From Candidatus Latescibacterota bacterium (GTDB lineage: Bacteria > Latescibacterota > UBA2968 > GCA-2709665), in NCBI GenBank assembly GCA_965203805.1, contig OZ241917.1, positions 736,001 to 800,000 of the forward strand: 64,000 nucleotides of DNA. Reading direction: 5' to 3'. Under the pieces are notes generated by a model. The model was not told the DNA's origin. It searched no databases and saw only the letters and a program-made list of their open reading frames with translations. A program made the position numbers and the translations under genes. Position 1 is the stretch's first letter; each line of letters starts with the position of its first letter. Below, piece by piece: positions 1 to 11,055 of this stretch.

Positions 1-1026
1 CGCCGGCCGCTGCTGGTAACGGATCGGGGTCTGTCCGATCTGGGTATCCCGAAACGCATCGGGCTGGGCGAGGCGCCGGTCTACAGCGGCGTCAGGACGA
101 ATCCCTCGGAACACCAGGTCGTGGAAGCCGCGCATCGGTACCGCGTGGAAAGTTGCGACGGAATGGTCGCCGCCGGGGGCGGATCGTCCATGGACCTCGC
201 GAAATGCGCCGGTATTCTGATTGGACACGACAAGCCGCTCGCGTCGTACGCAATGCGGGAGGGCGGCGCGGCGCGAATCACGCGCCCGATCCCGCCGGTC
301 GTCGCCGTTCCGACCACGGCCGGCAGCGGAAGCGAGGTGGGCAGAGCCGCCCTCGTCACCCTTTGTTCAGGTGACAAGGTGGGCTTCCTGAGCCGATTAT
401 TGACGCCGTCGGCTGCGGTTTGCGACCCGGAACTGACGCTGACGATGCCGCCTCGTTTGACTGCCGGCACCGGGATGGACGCGATATCTCACTGCGTGGA
501 GACCTTCTGCAGTACGCGGTGCAACCCTGTCGCGGATGCGATTGCACTCGACGGGCTGGAACGCGGCTGCCGCCACATTGGCGCGGTGTTTCGTAACGGG
601 AGAGACACGGAAGCAAGGAAAGGAATGATGATGTGCGCGCTGCAGGGAGGCCTGGCGTTTCAGAAAGGCCTGGGCGCCGTTCACAGCCTCAGCCATCCAT
701 TGGGGTCGCTGGACAGATCATTGCACCACGGTACGCTGAACGGGCTGTTTCTTCCTGCAGTGCTGAGATTCAACGCCGATTTTTGCAGGGAAAAATTCAG
801 CGCGATGGCCCGGCGGCTGCGGCTGGATAGGGGTTCCGATCTGCCGGACTATTTTGAGGCATTGAACCGGCGGTTAGGGATGCCGTCGTCCCTGTCGGAA
901 TTGGGGGTCACTCCGGAAGAGCTGGAACCGCTCCCGGCGAAGGCGGCGTCGGACCATTGCAGCCCGACAAACCCAAGGCCGCTGGATGAAGCGGCGTGCC
1001 GGGATCTGTACACGTCTGTTCTATAG
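1..1026 (+). CDS. Iron-containing alcohol dehydrogenase (5' truncated by window edge)
   Basis: GGGS-MD-AK, PTTAGSGSE, GMDAISH and HSLSH/HG metal motifs; frame is open from base 1 (RRPLLVTDRG). Confidence 0.9.
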   Translation, partial: RRPLLVTDRGLSDLGIPKRIGLGEAPVYSGVRTNPSEHQVVEAAHRYRVESCDGMVAAGGGSSMDLAKCAGILIGHDKPLASYAMREGGAARITRPIPPVVAVPTTAGSGSEVGRAALVTLCSGDKVGFLSRLLTPSAAVCDPELTLTMPPRLTAGTGMDAISHCVETFCSTRCNPVADAIALDGLERGCRHIGAVFRNGRDTEARKGMMMCALQGGLAFQKGLGAVHSLSHPLGSLDRSLHHGTLNGLFLPAVLRFNADFCREKFSAMARRLRLDRGSDLPDYFEALNRRLGMPSSLSELGVTPEELEPLPAKAASDHCSPTNPRPLDEAACRDLYTSVL

Positions 1027-1057
1027 CGGGATTTTGAGACAGGTTCATTGGGGGCAT

Positions 1058-1912
1058 ATGATGGCAAACGTCACGCAGATGGACGAATCCGGTTTGAAGG
1101 AGGCATTCGATCGTGACGGCTACGTGGTCATGAAAGCGTTTCTGTCGCCGGACGTGATCGAAGGGGTGCGCGGGGAACTGGATGTTCTGGTCGACCGGGA
1201 GGCGGATCGGCTGATGGCCGCCGGAAGAATATCGGACGATTTCAGCGATGCGCCGTTCGAAACCCGTATCGCACGGTTGTTCGAACACTGCATGGACGTG
1301 GCGCCAACGTCGTTCCGCCCCGAATTGCACGGACCCGGGTTATTCGATCTGTTCTTTCATCCGCAACTTCTGGATGTTGTACAATTGCTCCTCGGGCCCG
1401 AGATCAGGCTGTATCCGAATTACACGGCGCGGCCGAAGTTTCCGGAGTGGAAGGGAACGCTGGTTCTGTGGCATCAGGACGGGGGATACACGGCGCAGGC
1501 GGCCGACGGCGTGGCGGCTCTCAGGATGGTGAACGTGTGGGCGCCCCTCGTGCCCGCAAGCGTGAAGAACGGCTGTATGCAATTTGTGCCCGGGACGCAC
1601 AAACTGGGTGTTGTGCCGCACGAAAAGAGGGAGTACTACCTCGAAATCGCGCAGGAGGAGCTGGACCTGCGCCTGGGACAGGCCGTCTCGATCGAAGTGG
1701 ACCCGGGTGACGTGGTCCTGTTCCATAACCTGATGTTTCACTGCGGTCTGCCCAACCGGACCCGTATGGTGCGCTGGAGCATGGACTGGCGGTACCAGGA
1801 CGCGACCCAGCCCACGATGCGGACGCACAGTGGGCACATGGCAAGGAGCGTGAAAGCGCCGGAGAATGTCGTCGCGAACCGGAAGGAATGGGCGGCCCGG
1901 AAATTCCAGTAG
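1058..1912 (+). CDS. Phytanoyl-CoA dioxygenase (PhyH) family Fe(II)/2-oxoglutarate dioxygenase
   Basis: F-RDGYVV start, WHQD (HxD) motif, NGC...PGTH, GDVVLFH..MFH distal His; start moved to ATG 1058. Confidence 0.85.
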   Translation: MMANVTQMDESGLKEAFDRDGYVVMKAFLSPDVIEGVRGELDVLVDREADRLMAAGRISDDFSDAPFETRIARLFEHCMDVAPTSFRPELHGPGLFDLFFHPQLLDVVQLLLGPEIRLYPNYTARPKFPEWKGTLVLWHQDGGYTAQAADGVAALRMVNVWAPLVPASVKNGCMQFVPGTHKLGVVPHEKREYYLEIAQEELDLRLGQAVSIEVDPGDVVLFHNLMFHCGLPNRTRMVRWSMDWRYQDATQPTMRTHSGHMARSVKAPENVVANRKEWAARKFQ

Positions 1913-2041
1913 CACGTTCCCCGTAATCCGCCGGCAGGCAGGCGGTTAACCGATCGAAACAAACGAGGGAAAGGACATTGGGCGGACGGCCCGGAACCGG
2001 CGAAGGCCATTCGCCGCACCGGCGCCGGAAACTGCCGGAAG

Positions 2042-2857
2042 CTACAGGCCCCGGATGGCGTCGTATAGAGACAGTACGAAACCGGCGCCGGTGATCAGGA
2101 GGAGGAGCAACGCGACCACGACGGTGAGGCGGCCTTCGCGCCAGCGCGCACTCGAGACCAGGAGTCGCGACGCGATCCATCCGCCGGCGAATCCGCCGAA
2201 GTGCGCCCAGTTGTTGACGCCCCGCATGAGAAGGCCCAAAATGAACAGCATGATTGCCCACTGCCATATCTGACGCGTCATCAGGGCGGCGAAACTGGTC
2301 TTCTGGCTGCGGCCATAGACGATGAGGGCGGCCAGGAGTCCGAAAATGGATCCGGAGGCGCCGAGCGTCGGGTCCCCGGATACGGCGTTGGAAAGGAGAA
2401 AACCAACGACGCCGCCCGTCGTGAAGATGATAAAATAGCGCGCCGGACCGTAGAGATTGCCGACTTCCGGGCCCAGTTGCCGGATCCAGAGCACATTGAA
2501 GAGGATGTGGAACAACCCGCCGTGCAGATAAATGGCCGTGAACAGGGTCCACCACGGGCCGTTGCCGTAGGTCATGCCCAGGGCGACCATTGGAAACGGA
2601 CCGGGCGAGAGCATGTTGAAAAAACCGCCCCTCAGTGCCAGCGCCGCGTCCAGGTCCAGAAGCAGGCTGAGCACATAGAGGACGATACACGCCGTGGGAA
2701 TCAGGGTCAGGACGTCGATTTTCGAACCGAAGAGCCGGCTCAGAGCCGGACCGAGTCCCCACAGACCCGGTCGGTAGGCGCCGCAGTACGGGCATTTCTT
2801 TTCTTCTGTGCTAATGAGGTTGCGGCAGTCCGGACAGACCATCGACGTAGGCGGCAT
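2042..2857 (-). CDS. Rhomboid intramembrane serine protease with N-terminal zinc ribbon
   Basis: H-F-N motif (HILFN), catalytic GASG and NNWAH; CPDC..CPYC ribbon; several hydrophobic helices. Confidence 0.9.
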   Translation of the reverse strand: MPPTSMVCPDCRNLISTEEKKCPYCGAYRPGLWGLGPALSRLFGSKIDVLTLIPTACIVLYVLSLLLDLDAALALRGGFFNMLSPGPFPMVALGMTYGNGPWWTLFTAIYLHGGLFHILFNVLWIRQLGPEVGNLYGPARYFIIFTTGGVVGFLLSNAVSGDPTLGASGSIFGLLAALIVYGRSQKTSFAALMTRQIWQWAIMLFILGLLMRGVNNWAHFGGFAGGWIASRLLVSSARWREGRLTVVVALLLLLITGAGFVLSLYDAIRGL

Positions 2858-2977
2858 ATTATCCCTCGCCAGGAAAGATCGACTACAATCATATGGTGAG
2901 AACGCGGCGTTGCGTTTCTCAAGACCTTCGCCGCGTTCAGCCGCACCATTCGGAAACCGCCGCGCCGACGGCATCCA

Positions 2978-4159
2978 TCAGGTGTCGCCGGGGGTTGCGC
3001 CGGAACGGCGGGATCCGGTGGGTATATTGAACCCCCAGTGATCGAGAATCTGCGACAACCCCTCCAGAACCCGCTCCATTTCCGATTCCGAGGTGCTGCC
3101 CATCGCGGCTATCCGGATGACCCTATCCCGCATCGGTCCGTACCCCGGCGCGATCTGGACGTTCAGCAGGGTCTTCGCCGCCCGGACGAATTCCGGCGCC
3201 GGGATGGAATCGGGCATCAGGATGGCGGTGACGGTCGGGCTGTAGTATTCGGGTTGCGCAAGCAGATTCAGGCCCTGCTTTTCGGCCCAGTCGCGCTGCA
3301 TTCGCGCAAGGTTCCGATGCCGCTCGAAGCGGGCTTTGCCTTCGTCCAGCATCTCCTCGAGGCGGGCGATCAGGCAGCGTATCATGAGATCGGAAACCGT
3401 CACCGGCGTTTGCGCGGTTTCTGCGCGGGACCGCCACTCGATCAGGTCCAGCACGTACCCGCGTCGCTTCGTGCGGCGTGCGGCCTGGAACGCGCGGTCC
3501 GAGACGATCATCACCGAACCGATGGCGGGTATCGCGAAGTCCTTCTGGAGGCTCCAAAGATAGTAGTCCGGCCGCAATGTGCCAATGTCCAGCTCGACCG
3601 CCCCGGCGATGCTCACCCCGTCGACGGCGATTAACGTCTCCGCCGCGTGCCTCCGCGCGTCCTCGCAGAGGGTATCGACGGGCAGCGCAACCCCCGTCGC
3701 GGTTTCGTTATGTGTCAGCAGCGCAACGGAGTAGCCGCGCCGCATCGCCTCCCGCCACGTATCGGATCCGATTCCGTGCCCCCACGGCGCCTTCAGCACG
3801 TCGACGGTGCGGTCGAGTCGCCTGAACACACCCGCCCAGCGGGCGGAAAATGCGCCTATGTCGAGACCCAGGGCGCGATACGCGGTCGGTGTGTTGACCG
3901 CGACCATCTCCCAGTTGTAGCTGGCGGCGTGTCCGAACACGAGGGGCGTGAATGTATCGGGAACGTGGAATGCTTCGCGCAGAAGATCCACCGCACGGGC
4001 GTATACGGTCTTGAAGTCGGTTGAACGGTGGGAAAACGTCGCCCGGTAGGTTCTGAGGACCCGCTCGACCGCGGGCGTGAGGGCGTGCGGTCCCGGGGTC
4101 CAGAGGGCGGTGTCCGGCAGGCGAAGGCAACTGAATCCGTCGTGCGTATCGGCATTCAT
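2978..4159 (-). CDS. PLP-dependent class V aminotransferase (alanine/serine-glyoxylate type)
   Basis: TPGP, SHRS..F, HNETATGV, VDGVS, SLQK (PLP lysine), RIAAMG. Confidence 0.85.
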   Translation of the reverse strand: MNADTHDGFSCLRLPDTALWTPGPHALTPAVERVLRTYRATFSHRSTDFKTVYARAVDLLREAFHVPDTFTPLVFGHAASYNWEMVAVNTPTAYRALGLDIGAFSARWAGVFRRLDRTVDVLKAPWGHGIGSDTWREAMRRGYSVALLTHNETATGVALPVDTLCEDARRHAAETLIAVDGVSIAGAVELDIGTLRPDYYLWSLQKDFAIPAIGSVMIVSDRAFQAARRTKRRGYVLDLIEWRSRAETAQTPVTVSDLMIRCLIARLEEMLDEGKARFERHRNLARMQRDWAEKQGLNLLAQPEYYSPTVTAILMPDSIPAPEFVRAAKTLLNVQIAPGYGPMRDRVIRIAAMGSTSESEMERVLEGLSQILDHWGFNIPTGSRRSGATPGDT

Positions 4160-4254
4160 CGGGGCGCCTCGGACACCGAATCTCCAGGGTGGCCGACACA
4201 AAATAGGAGCGCCCGCTAAACGGGCAGGTTTAACGGGCCTTCACGTACAGGAAA

Positions 4255-4329
4255 TGGAGCGGGAAACGGGACTCGAACCCGCGACCCCAACCTTGGCAAG
4301 GTTGTGCTCTACCACTGAGCTATTCCCGC
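4255..4329 (-). tRNA. tRNA-Gly(GCC)
   Basis: Reverse complement GCGGGAATAGCTCAGTGGTAGAGCACAACCTTGCCAAGGTTGGGGTCGCGGGTTCGAGTCCCGTTTCCCGCTCCA; cloverleaf with encoded CCA. Confidence 0.97.
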
Positions 4330-4361
4330 TCCCAATCATCTGAGATGTCAGACGAAGTGGA

Positions 4362-4390
4362 AAATTAAGCAAAGGACCGCGGGATGTCAA
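4362..4390 (-). promoter_or_regulatory. Sigma-70-like promoter for tRNA-Gly
   Basis: TTGACA-17 nt-TAATTT on the minus strand about 30 nt upstream of the tRNA. Confidence 0.65.
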
Positions 4391-4671
4391 GGCATAATGC
4401 GTACACGGGGCTCCCGGACCGAACGGCTATCGGCCTCCGAAAGCACGTCCGGTACACAAGCAATGGAATCATCGTCCAGGCGGGCAGAGACATCCAGGTT
4501 TGACGCGTGATGAACACCCGTTTGAGTTGACTTTCGCGATAACGAAGCGCATATTTACGATCCGCCCGGCAGGGGTTCCGGTCCGGGTCGAATGCATGGC
4601 TTGGCGCGTCGCCGGATTCGTGGCGACTGGTACTGCGATTGCCGCGGCTGGTCGGAATGGAGCGAGGTGGA

Positions 4672-6759
4672 ATGGTCGAAGAGCGGTATGTCCTGGCAAT
4701 TGACATCGGCGGCACATTCACGGATCTCGTTCTTCTGGAGCGCCGAAGCGGTCGGCAGGCGGTTGCCAAGGTGCCTACGACCTATCCGGACCCTTCCGAT
4801 GCCGTGCTGAACGGGATAGACTCGGTACTGGATTCCGACGACACGGGGGTTGTTCAACGCGTCATTCACGGAACGACGCTGGTGACCAATACGCTGATCG
4901 AACGCAAGGGTGCGCGAACCGGGCTGGTCACCACGGCCGGATTCCGGGACGCACTGGAAATCGGGAGGGAAGGTCGGTACGACATTTACGATCTTGGGCT
5001 GGAATTGCCCGAACCTCTGGTGGAACGCAGATTGCGATTCGGCGTGCCCGAGCGGATGAACGTCAGGGGAGACGTACTGAAGCCTCTGGATGAGGCGTCT
5101 GTACTCGACGCGTGCAGGTTGTTTCTGGATGAACGCGTCGAGGCGGTTGCCATCTGTTTTCTGCATGCGTACGCCAATCCGGAACACGAGCGGCGGGCGG
5201 CGGGGATTGTCCGGGATGCGATGCCCGAGGCTGCGGTCTCGGTCTCACATCAGGTATCGCCCGAACTGAGGGAATACGACCGGACGTCCACGACCGTTGC
5301 CAACGCTTACGTGCAACCGCTTGCGCGGCTGTACCTTGCGGGATTGTCCACAGGACTGGCGGCAAAAGGAATCGTCGCTCCCCTGCATATCATGTTGTCC
5401 AACGGCGGGGTCTGTTCCGCGGAGACTGCCGCGGCCTTTCCGGTACGTCTCGTGGAGTCCGGTCCGAGCGGCGGCGCCTTGTCCGCCGCCTATTGGGCGC
5501 GCCGTTCCGACCGGCGGGAGGTGCTTGCGTTCGATATGGGCGGGACCACGGCAAAGGCCGTGCTCAGCAGCGAAGGCGGGTTTCCGGTCACAAACGAATC
5601 CGAGGTTGCGCGCGTCTATCGCTTCAAGCGCGGCAGCGGGCTACCGCTCCTCGTGCCGGTGCTGGACATGATCGAGATTGGCGCGGGCGGCGGCAGCATC
5701 GCGCATCTCAACCGGATGGGCCTGCCCGCGGTCGGTCCCGAAAGCGCGGGATCGGTTCCCGGCCCGGCCTGTTACGCGAACGGCGGCGACGACCCCACTG
5801 TCACGGATGCCGATCTGTTACTGGGCAAGCTGGATCCCGGATATTTTCTGGGTGGAGCGATGGCGCTGGACGTGGACCGCGCGCGGCACGCCGTCCAACG
5901 GCTGTCAGTGCGACTCGGCATGGACGTGAATCGGATGGCCTGGGGCATCCACAGAATGGTGAATGAGAATATGGCCAATGCCGCGCGGGTTCACGCGGCC
6001 GAACGGGGAACCGATATCCGGGCCTATACGATGGTGGCCACCGGGGGCGCGGGGCCGGTACACGCGTGCGGCGTCGCCGAACGGCTGGGCATCGCCACCG
6101 TTATCGTGCCGCCCGCCGCTGGCGTGAGTTCTGCGTTCGGTCTGATGCTGGCTCCGATTTCATTCGACTTTGCAAGGAGTTACGTCTCGCGGCTCGGCGC
6201 GCTGGATTTCGAACGGCTGAACGGCCTGTTCGAAGAGATGGAAAACGAAGGCAAGGGCGTCTTGCGAGAGGCCGGCGTGGCCCCCTTTGAGATGCGAATT
6301 GAACGCACTGCCGACATGCGTTACGTGGGACAGGGCCACGAAATCCGAATCCCGATTCCGCCCGGCAGACTGGATTCCGATCGGCTGGACGAGATACGCG
6401 CGGGTTTCGAAACGGAATACACACGCAAATTTACACGCACCTGCGAAGGCGTTGAAATCGAGTCCGTCCACTGGCGGGTCCGGATGTCTGCGCCGGAACC
6501 CGATCCGGGCGACGTTGAGACCGGCTCCGTGGCGGCCGGTGACGCGAAAAAAGCCGTTCGCGGCGTTTTGTTCAACGCGGAGCAGGCGCCGGAAGAGACG
6601 CCGGTATTCGACCGGTACCGGCTCGCGGCCGGCTTCTGCGCGGCGGGTCCCGCAATCGTGGAAGAAGCCGAGTCGACGGCCGTCGTACCTCGCGGCTGGG
6701 TGATGAGCGTGGAAGCTTGCGGCAACTTGCTTCTTACGCGCCGGGAGGGTTCGCGATGA
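4672..6759 (+). CDS. Hydantoinase A / 5-oxoprolinase subunit A (ATP-binding)
   Basis: IDIGGTFTD, HGTT..TN, ESGP, DMGGTT, IGAGGGS, PGPACY. Confidence 0.92.
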   Translation: MVEERYVLAIDIGGTFTDLVLLERRSGRQAVAKVPTTYPDPSDAVLNGIDSVLDSDDTGVVQRVIHGTTLVTNTLIERKGARTGLVTTAGFRDALEIGREGRYDIYDLGLELPEPLVERRLRFGVPERMNVRGDVLKPLDEASVLDACRLFLDERVEAVAICFLHAYANPEHERRAAGIVRDAMPEAAVSVSHQVSPELREYDRTSTTVANAYVQPLARLYLAGLSTGLAAKGIVAPLHIMLSNGGVCSAETAAAFPVRLVESGPSGGALSAAYWARRSDRREVLAFDMGGTTAKAVLSSEGGFPVTNESEVARVYRFKRGSGLPLLVPVLDMIEIGAGGGSIAHLNRMGLPAVGPESAGSVPGPACYANGGDDPTVTDADLLLGKLDPGYFLGGAMALDVDRARHAVQRLSVRLGMDVNRMAWGIHRMVNENMANAARVHAAERGTDIRAYTMVATGGAGPVHACGVAERLGIATVIVPPAAGVSSAFGLMLAPISFDFARSYVSRLGALDFERLNGLFEEMENEGKGVLREAGVAPFEMRIERTADMRYVGQGHEIRIPIPPGRLDSDRLDEIRAGFETEYTRKFTRTCEGVEIESVHWRVRMSAPEPDPGDVETGSVAAGDAKKAVRGVLFNAEQAPEETPVFDRYRLAAGFCAAGPAIVEEAESTAVVPRGWVMSVEACGNLLLTRREGSR

Positions 6760-8492
6760 AGTCTGCGGAAAAGCTGGATGCAGTCCTCCTGGAGGTGTTG
6801 TGGAACCGGCTCATCTCCATCGTAAACGAACAGGCCGCGGCATTGATGCACGCTTCGTTTACAACCGTGGTGCGGGAAGCCGGCGACCTTTCCGCGGGCA
6901 TTTTCAACCGTCGCGGTCAGATGGTCGCGCAGGCGGTAACGGGCACGCCGGGTCACATCAACACGATGGCGACTTGCGTCCGCCATTTCGCGAGAGCCCA
7001 TCCAATAGACAGTCTGAAGCCAGGCGATAGCCTGCTCACCAACGATCCATGGCTGGGGTCGGGACATCTGCACGACATCACCGTGGTCACTCCCGTCTTC
7101 CATAGAGAAAAGGCCGTGGGCTGGTTCGCCAATACGTGTCACGCCATGGATATCGGCGGACGGACGCTTGGCGCCGACGCGCGCGAGGTCTTTGAGGAAG
7201 GCCTCCACATTCCCATCATGTTCCTGTTCCGTGAGGGTTCGGTCAATCGCGATCTTATGGAAATCGTACGGGCTAACGTCCGCACACCGGATGCCGTTGT
7301 GGGAGACCTCTATGCGCAGCAGGCAGGCAACGACGTGGGGGCCGCCAAGCTCTCGGAAATGATGGCGGAATACGAGATGGAGGACATCGAGTCCCTCGCG
7401 TCAATGATTCTGGACCGTTCGGAAGCCGCCACCCGCGAAGCGATCGCGGAGATTCCCAACGGCAGGTACCGGGATGAAGTGGTCATCGACGGCTTCGATC
7501 ATCCCCTGAAGATCGTGGTCTCCATAGATGTACGGGAGCGGGAGCTTGTGGTGGACTACGACGGCACGTCGCCGCAGGTGGACCGCGGCATCAACGTGGT
7601 CTACAACTATACACACGCCTATACAACCTATCCGCTCGCGTGTTCAATCAGTCCCTCCGTTCCGAATAACGCCGGCAGTTTTCGCCCCGTCACGGTGACG
7701 GCCCCGGAGGGCAGCGTACTCAATGCCAGGTATCCATGCGCCGTCGGCGCCCGGCACCTGATCGGGCACTTTCTGTCCCAGGCGGTATTCGGCGCGTTGT
7801 CCGGAGCCATTCCCGAGCGGGTGCTCGCGGACGGTTCGGCCGGACTCTGGAACACGCAACTGGAGGGCCACGACCGGGACGGACGGGTGTTTTCCTATAT
7901 CTTTTTTTCCGCCGGGGGCATGGGCGCGAGGCCCGCGTCGGACGGGCTCTCGGCCACGGCCTTTCCCAGCGGTATCAAGGGAGTTCCCGCCGAGGCGATC
8001 GAGGCGGTCTCGCCTGTACTGATGCTGAAGCGGGAGCTGCGTCCGGATTCCGGCGGCGCGGGCAAGTACCGCGGCGGCCTGGGGCAGGAGATGGTGCTGG
8101 GCATGGATACCGATACGGCGGTGTTGCATTCGTGTATGTATGACCGCACGAGGAGCCCGGCGCGCGGTTTCCGGGGGGGAGGCAACGGCGCCGTTGGCGA
8201 GGTGGTCCTTTCGGACGGGTCCCAACCGCATCCGAAGGGAAAATACGAACTGCAGCCGGGACAGACCGTGACCCTGAGGCTTCCTGGCGGGGGAGGTTTC
8301 TTCTCTCCCAAGGCACGCGATCCGAAGCGGGTGCTGAACGACGTACGGCAGGGGCGGGTGTCCCCGGAAGCGGCCCGGGAGGTGTACGGAGTGGTTGTGG
8401 ACACTCAGAAACTGGTCGTGGACGCTGCCGCGACCGAAGCGCTCAGGGATGCTTCCGCCGGCCCGGTGGACAGAACGGGTTCCCCGCCGTGA
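6756..8492 (+). CDS. Hydantoinase B / 5-oxoprolinase subunit B
   Basis: TNDPW..GHLHD, HAMDIGG, DSGGAGKYRGG, PGGGG; ATGA overlap with subunit A. Confidence 0.92.
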   Translation: MKSAEKLDAVLLEVLWNRLISIVNEQAAALMHASFTTVVREAGDLSAGIFNRRGQMVAQAVTGTPGHINTMATCVRHFARAHPIDSLKPGDSLLTNDPWLGSGHLHDITVVTPVFHREKAVGWFANTCHAMDIGGRTLGADAREVFEEGLHIPIMFLFREGSVNRDLMEIVRANVRTPDAVVGDLYAQQAGNDVGAAKLSEMMAEYEMEDIESLASMILDRSEAATREAIAEIPNGRYRDEVVIDGFDHPLKIVVSIDVRERELVVDYDGTSPQVDRGINVVYNYTHAYTTYPLACSISPSVPNNAGSFRPVTVTAPEGSVLNARYPCAVGARHLIGHFLSQAVFGALSGAIPERVLADGSAGLWNTQLEGHDRDGRVFSYIFFSAGGMGARPASDGLSATAFPSGIKGVPAEAIEAVSPVLMLKRELRPDSGGAGKYRGGLGQEMVLGMDTDTAVLHSCMYDRTRSPARGFRGGGNGAVGEVVLSDGSQPHPKGKYELQPGQTVTLRLPGGGGFFSPKARDPKRVLNDVRQGRVSPEAAREVYGVVVDTQKLVVDAAATEALRDASAGPVDRTGSPP

Positions 8493-8595
8493 TCGGCGGT
8501 GCGGGCATATCGCCGGGATGCGGGCTCGCATTTGATTGGAAATTTAAAACATTCCTGAAACTGATTGCAAGACAACTGGTTGTGCAGGAGATTCA

Positions 8596-9990
8596 ATGGG
8601 GAAACGCGAAACCGCCGACGGCTACCGGGGGATCTGGTGGTGGGACACGCCCGCGGAAAACGAGTACAAATTCGTCTATTATAGTGGAGGATTCGCAACT
8701 TACACCGCCAAACACATTCCGCTGGCCTATTATTCCGATGTCGCGCAAAAGACGTTTTTCTGCTACGGGGGGACGTACAGGGACAGGAACCGGATTCTGG
8801 CGATGGTCTCCTGTTACGATCACGCCACCGGGACGGTTCCGCGGCCGACCATCCTGATGGACAAGGGCACGGCAGACGCGCACGACAACCCGGTGCTGAT
8901 GCTCGACGACGAAGGCTATATCTGGGTTTTCGTGAGCGCACACGGCACGGCACGGCCGGCGTATATTTTCAGAAGCCGGGAACCCTATTCCGTGGACGCA
9001 TTCCAATGCGTGCGGAAGACGAATTTCTCCTATCCCCAGCCGTGGCATATACACGGCAGAGGATTCCTGTTTCTGCACACCCGGTACGCTGGCGGCCGAT
9101 TCCTCTACATGCATACCAGCCCGGACGGGTTAAACTGGTCCGAACCCAGGGCGTTATCGAAAATCCGCCACGGCCACTACCAGGTCAGCTGGCGCGCCGG
9201 CACCCGGGTCGGCACCGCGTTCAACTACCATCCGGTCAGGAAGCCGGGTCCACCCCGGACCAACCTGTATTACCTGCAGACGGACGATTTCGGCGAGACC
9301 TGGAAAAGTGCCGCGGGTGAGCGGATGGACCTCCCCCTGGATTGTCCGCGCAACGGCGCGATTGTTCATGACTTCGAGCGGGAGGATCTGCAGGTATTCG
9401 TAAAGGACCTGAATTTCGACGCTCATGGACATCCCGTCATCCTGATTCTGACCAGCCGGGGGTTGGAGACCGGCCCTCAGAACGACCCGCGCGTCTGGAT
9501 GACGGTACGGTGGACGGGCGATGCCTGGGTTGTTCGTGAGGCATTCCGGTCTGACAATAACTACGACGCCGGGGGATTGCACGTCGAGTCGGATGGGGCC
9601 TGGCGGATTATCGCGCCTACGGAAACAGGTCCGCAGCCCTACAATACCGGCGGTGAAGTGGCGGTGTGGACCAGCGGCAATGAAGGCGACACGTGGGAGA
9701 AGATCCGGCTGGCAACGGGGAACAGCAGTTACAATCATACCTATGTGCGCCGGCCGGTAAACGCTCACCCGGAATTCTATGCCTTCTGGGCGGATGGACA
9801 CGCGCGGCAGCAGTCGGAATCCCGCCTGTATTTCTGCAACAGCACGGGCAAGCACGTCTTCCGTCTCCCCTCGCTGATGTCGGGGGACCACCAGAAACCC
9901 GCGAGGGTCGTCCCACTCAAGGACGCGGAGGCTCCCGAGAACGCCGGCGAAGCGGACTCCGGTGGATACTCCGGAAAGGCGGAACAATGA
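8596..9990 (+). CDS. BNR-4 / Asp-box beta-propeller protein (putative glycosidase or lyase)
   Basis: DAHDNP, FSYPQ and Asp-box repeats (SPDGLNWS, TDDFGETW, SGNEGDTW). Confidence 0.7.
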   Translation: MGKRETADGYRGIWWWDTPAENEYKFVYYSGGFATYTAKHIPLAYYSDVAQKTFFCYGGTYRDRNRILAMVSCYDHATGTVPRPTILMDKGTADAHDNPVLMLDDEGYIWVFVSAHGTARPAYIFRSREPYSVDAFQCVRKTNFSYPQPWHIHGRGFLFLHTRYAGGRFLYMHTSPDGLNWSEPRALSKIRHGHYQVSWRAGTRVGTAFNYHPVRKPGPPRTNLYYLQTDDFGETWKSAAGERMDLPLDCPRNGAIVHDFEREDLQVFVKDLNFDAHGHPVILILTSRGLETGPQNDPRVWMTVRWTGDAWVVREAFRSDNNYDAGGLHVESDGAWRIIAPTETGPQPYNTGGEVAVWTSGNEGDTWEKIRLATGNSSYNHTYVRRPVNAHPEFYAFWADGHARQQSESRLYFCNSTGKHVFRLPSLMSGDHQKPARVVPLKDAEAPENAGEADSGGYSGKAEQ

Positions 9991-10859
9991 AAGGCATCAT
10001 TCTTTCGGGCGGGCTGGGTACCCGGCTGTACCCGCTTACGGTCTCGATTTCAAAGCAGATTATGCCCATCTTCGACAAACCGATGATCTATTACCCTCTT
10101 TCGGTGCTGATGCTGGCCAATATCCGTGAATTTCTGATCATATCATCGCCTGAGCATATCGAGCTTTACCGGAATCTGCTGGGAGACGGCAGCCGGCTGG
10201 GTCTCCGTTTCGACTACGCAATTCAACCCCGTCCGGAGGGCGTTGCCCAATCTTTCATAATCGGGGAGAATTTCATCGACGACGAACCCTGCGCGCTCAT
10301 TTTCGGAGACAATTTCTTCTACGGCCACGGTCTTTCGGGATTGCTGGAGCATGCGGGCAGACACGAAGAGGGCGGGCTGGTCTTCGCGTATTACGTGCAG
10401 GACCCGGAGCGATACGGTGTGGTTGAGTTCGATGATCGCATGAACGTGGTAGGCATCGAAGAGAAGCCGAAACGACCCAGATCGAATTATGCGGTGACCG
10501 GACTTTATTTCTATGACGGAAGCGTGGTGGAGATCGCGAAGAGGCTGAAGCCGTCGGACCGTGGGGAACTGGAAATCACCGATTTGAACAACGAGTACCT
10601 CAGACGGGACAAGCTGCGGGTTCAGTTGCTGGGGAGGGGAATTGCCTATCTCGACACGGGAACCCACGAGAGCCTGCTGGAAGCGAGCAACTTTGTACAG
10701 ATTGTCGAAAACCGGCAGGGGCTGAAAATTGCGTGCCTGGAGGAAATCGCGTTTCGAAAAGGCTACATCGGCGCGCGCCAGCTCGAGGACATCGCGAACT
10801 ATTCGGAAGAGAATGCGTATTGTCAGTATCTGAAACGGTTGCTGGCTTCCGGGACGTGA
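9987..10859 (+). CDS. rfbA: Glucose-1-phosphate thymidylyltransferase
   Basis: MKGIILSGGLGTRLYP, SKQ..P.FDKPMIYYPL, EEKP, RGELEITD, LDTGTHESL. Confidence 0.95.
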   Translation: MKGIILSGGLGTRLYPLTVSISKQIMPIFDKPMIYYPLSVLMLANIREFLIISSPEHIELYRNLLGDGSRLGLRFDYAIQPRPEGVAQSFIIGENFIDDEPCALIFGDNFFYGHGLSGLLEHAGRHEEGGLVFAYYVQDPERYGVVEFDDRMNVVGIEEKPKRPRSNYAVTGLYFYDGSVVEIAKRLKPSDRGELEITDLNNEYLRRDKLRVQLLGRGIAYLDTGTHESLLEASNFVQIVENRQGLKIACLEEIAFRKGYIGARQLEDIANYSEENAYCQYLKRLLASGT

Positions 10860-11055
10860 CGAGCCGCAGGCCGCGACAACGGCCTCCAACCGGCCGACGC
10901 GTCACATTGGGACGGCGATTTACAGATCGCCCGAACCATTGCCGCTGAAACTTCCGGGTTTCCACCGTCCACCGTGATCCTGGAGCTTTCCGACGAGGTC
11001 CAGCCGGGGGGACGCACGGCGACACCGCTTCGCGCAAATCCATGAAAGGCTCCCC

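Noticed and set aside
986-1057. Upstream start for the PhyH gene overlapping the ADH gene
   Set aside because: The tandem ATGs at 1058/1061 after GGGGG fit better and avoid a 40-nt overlap.
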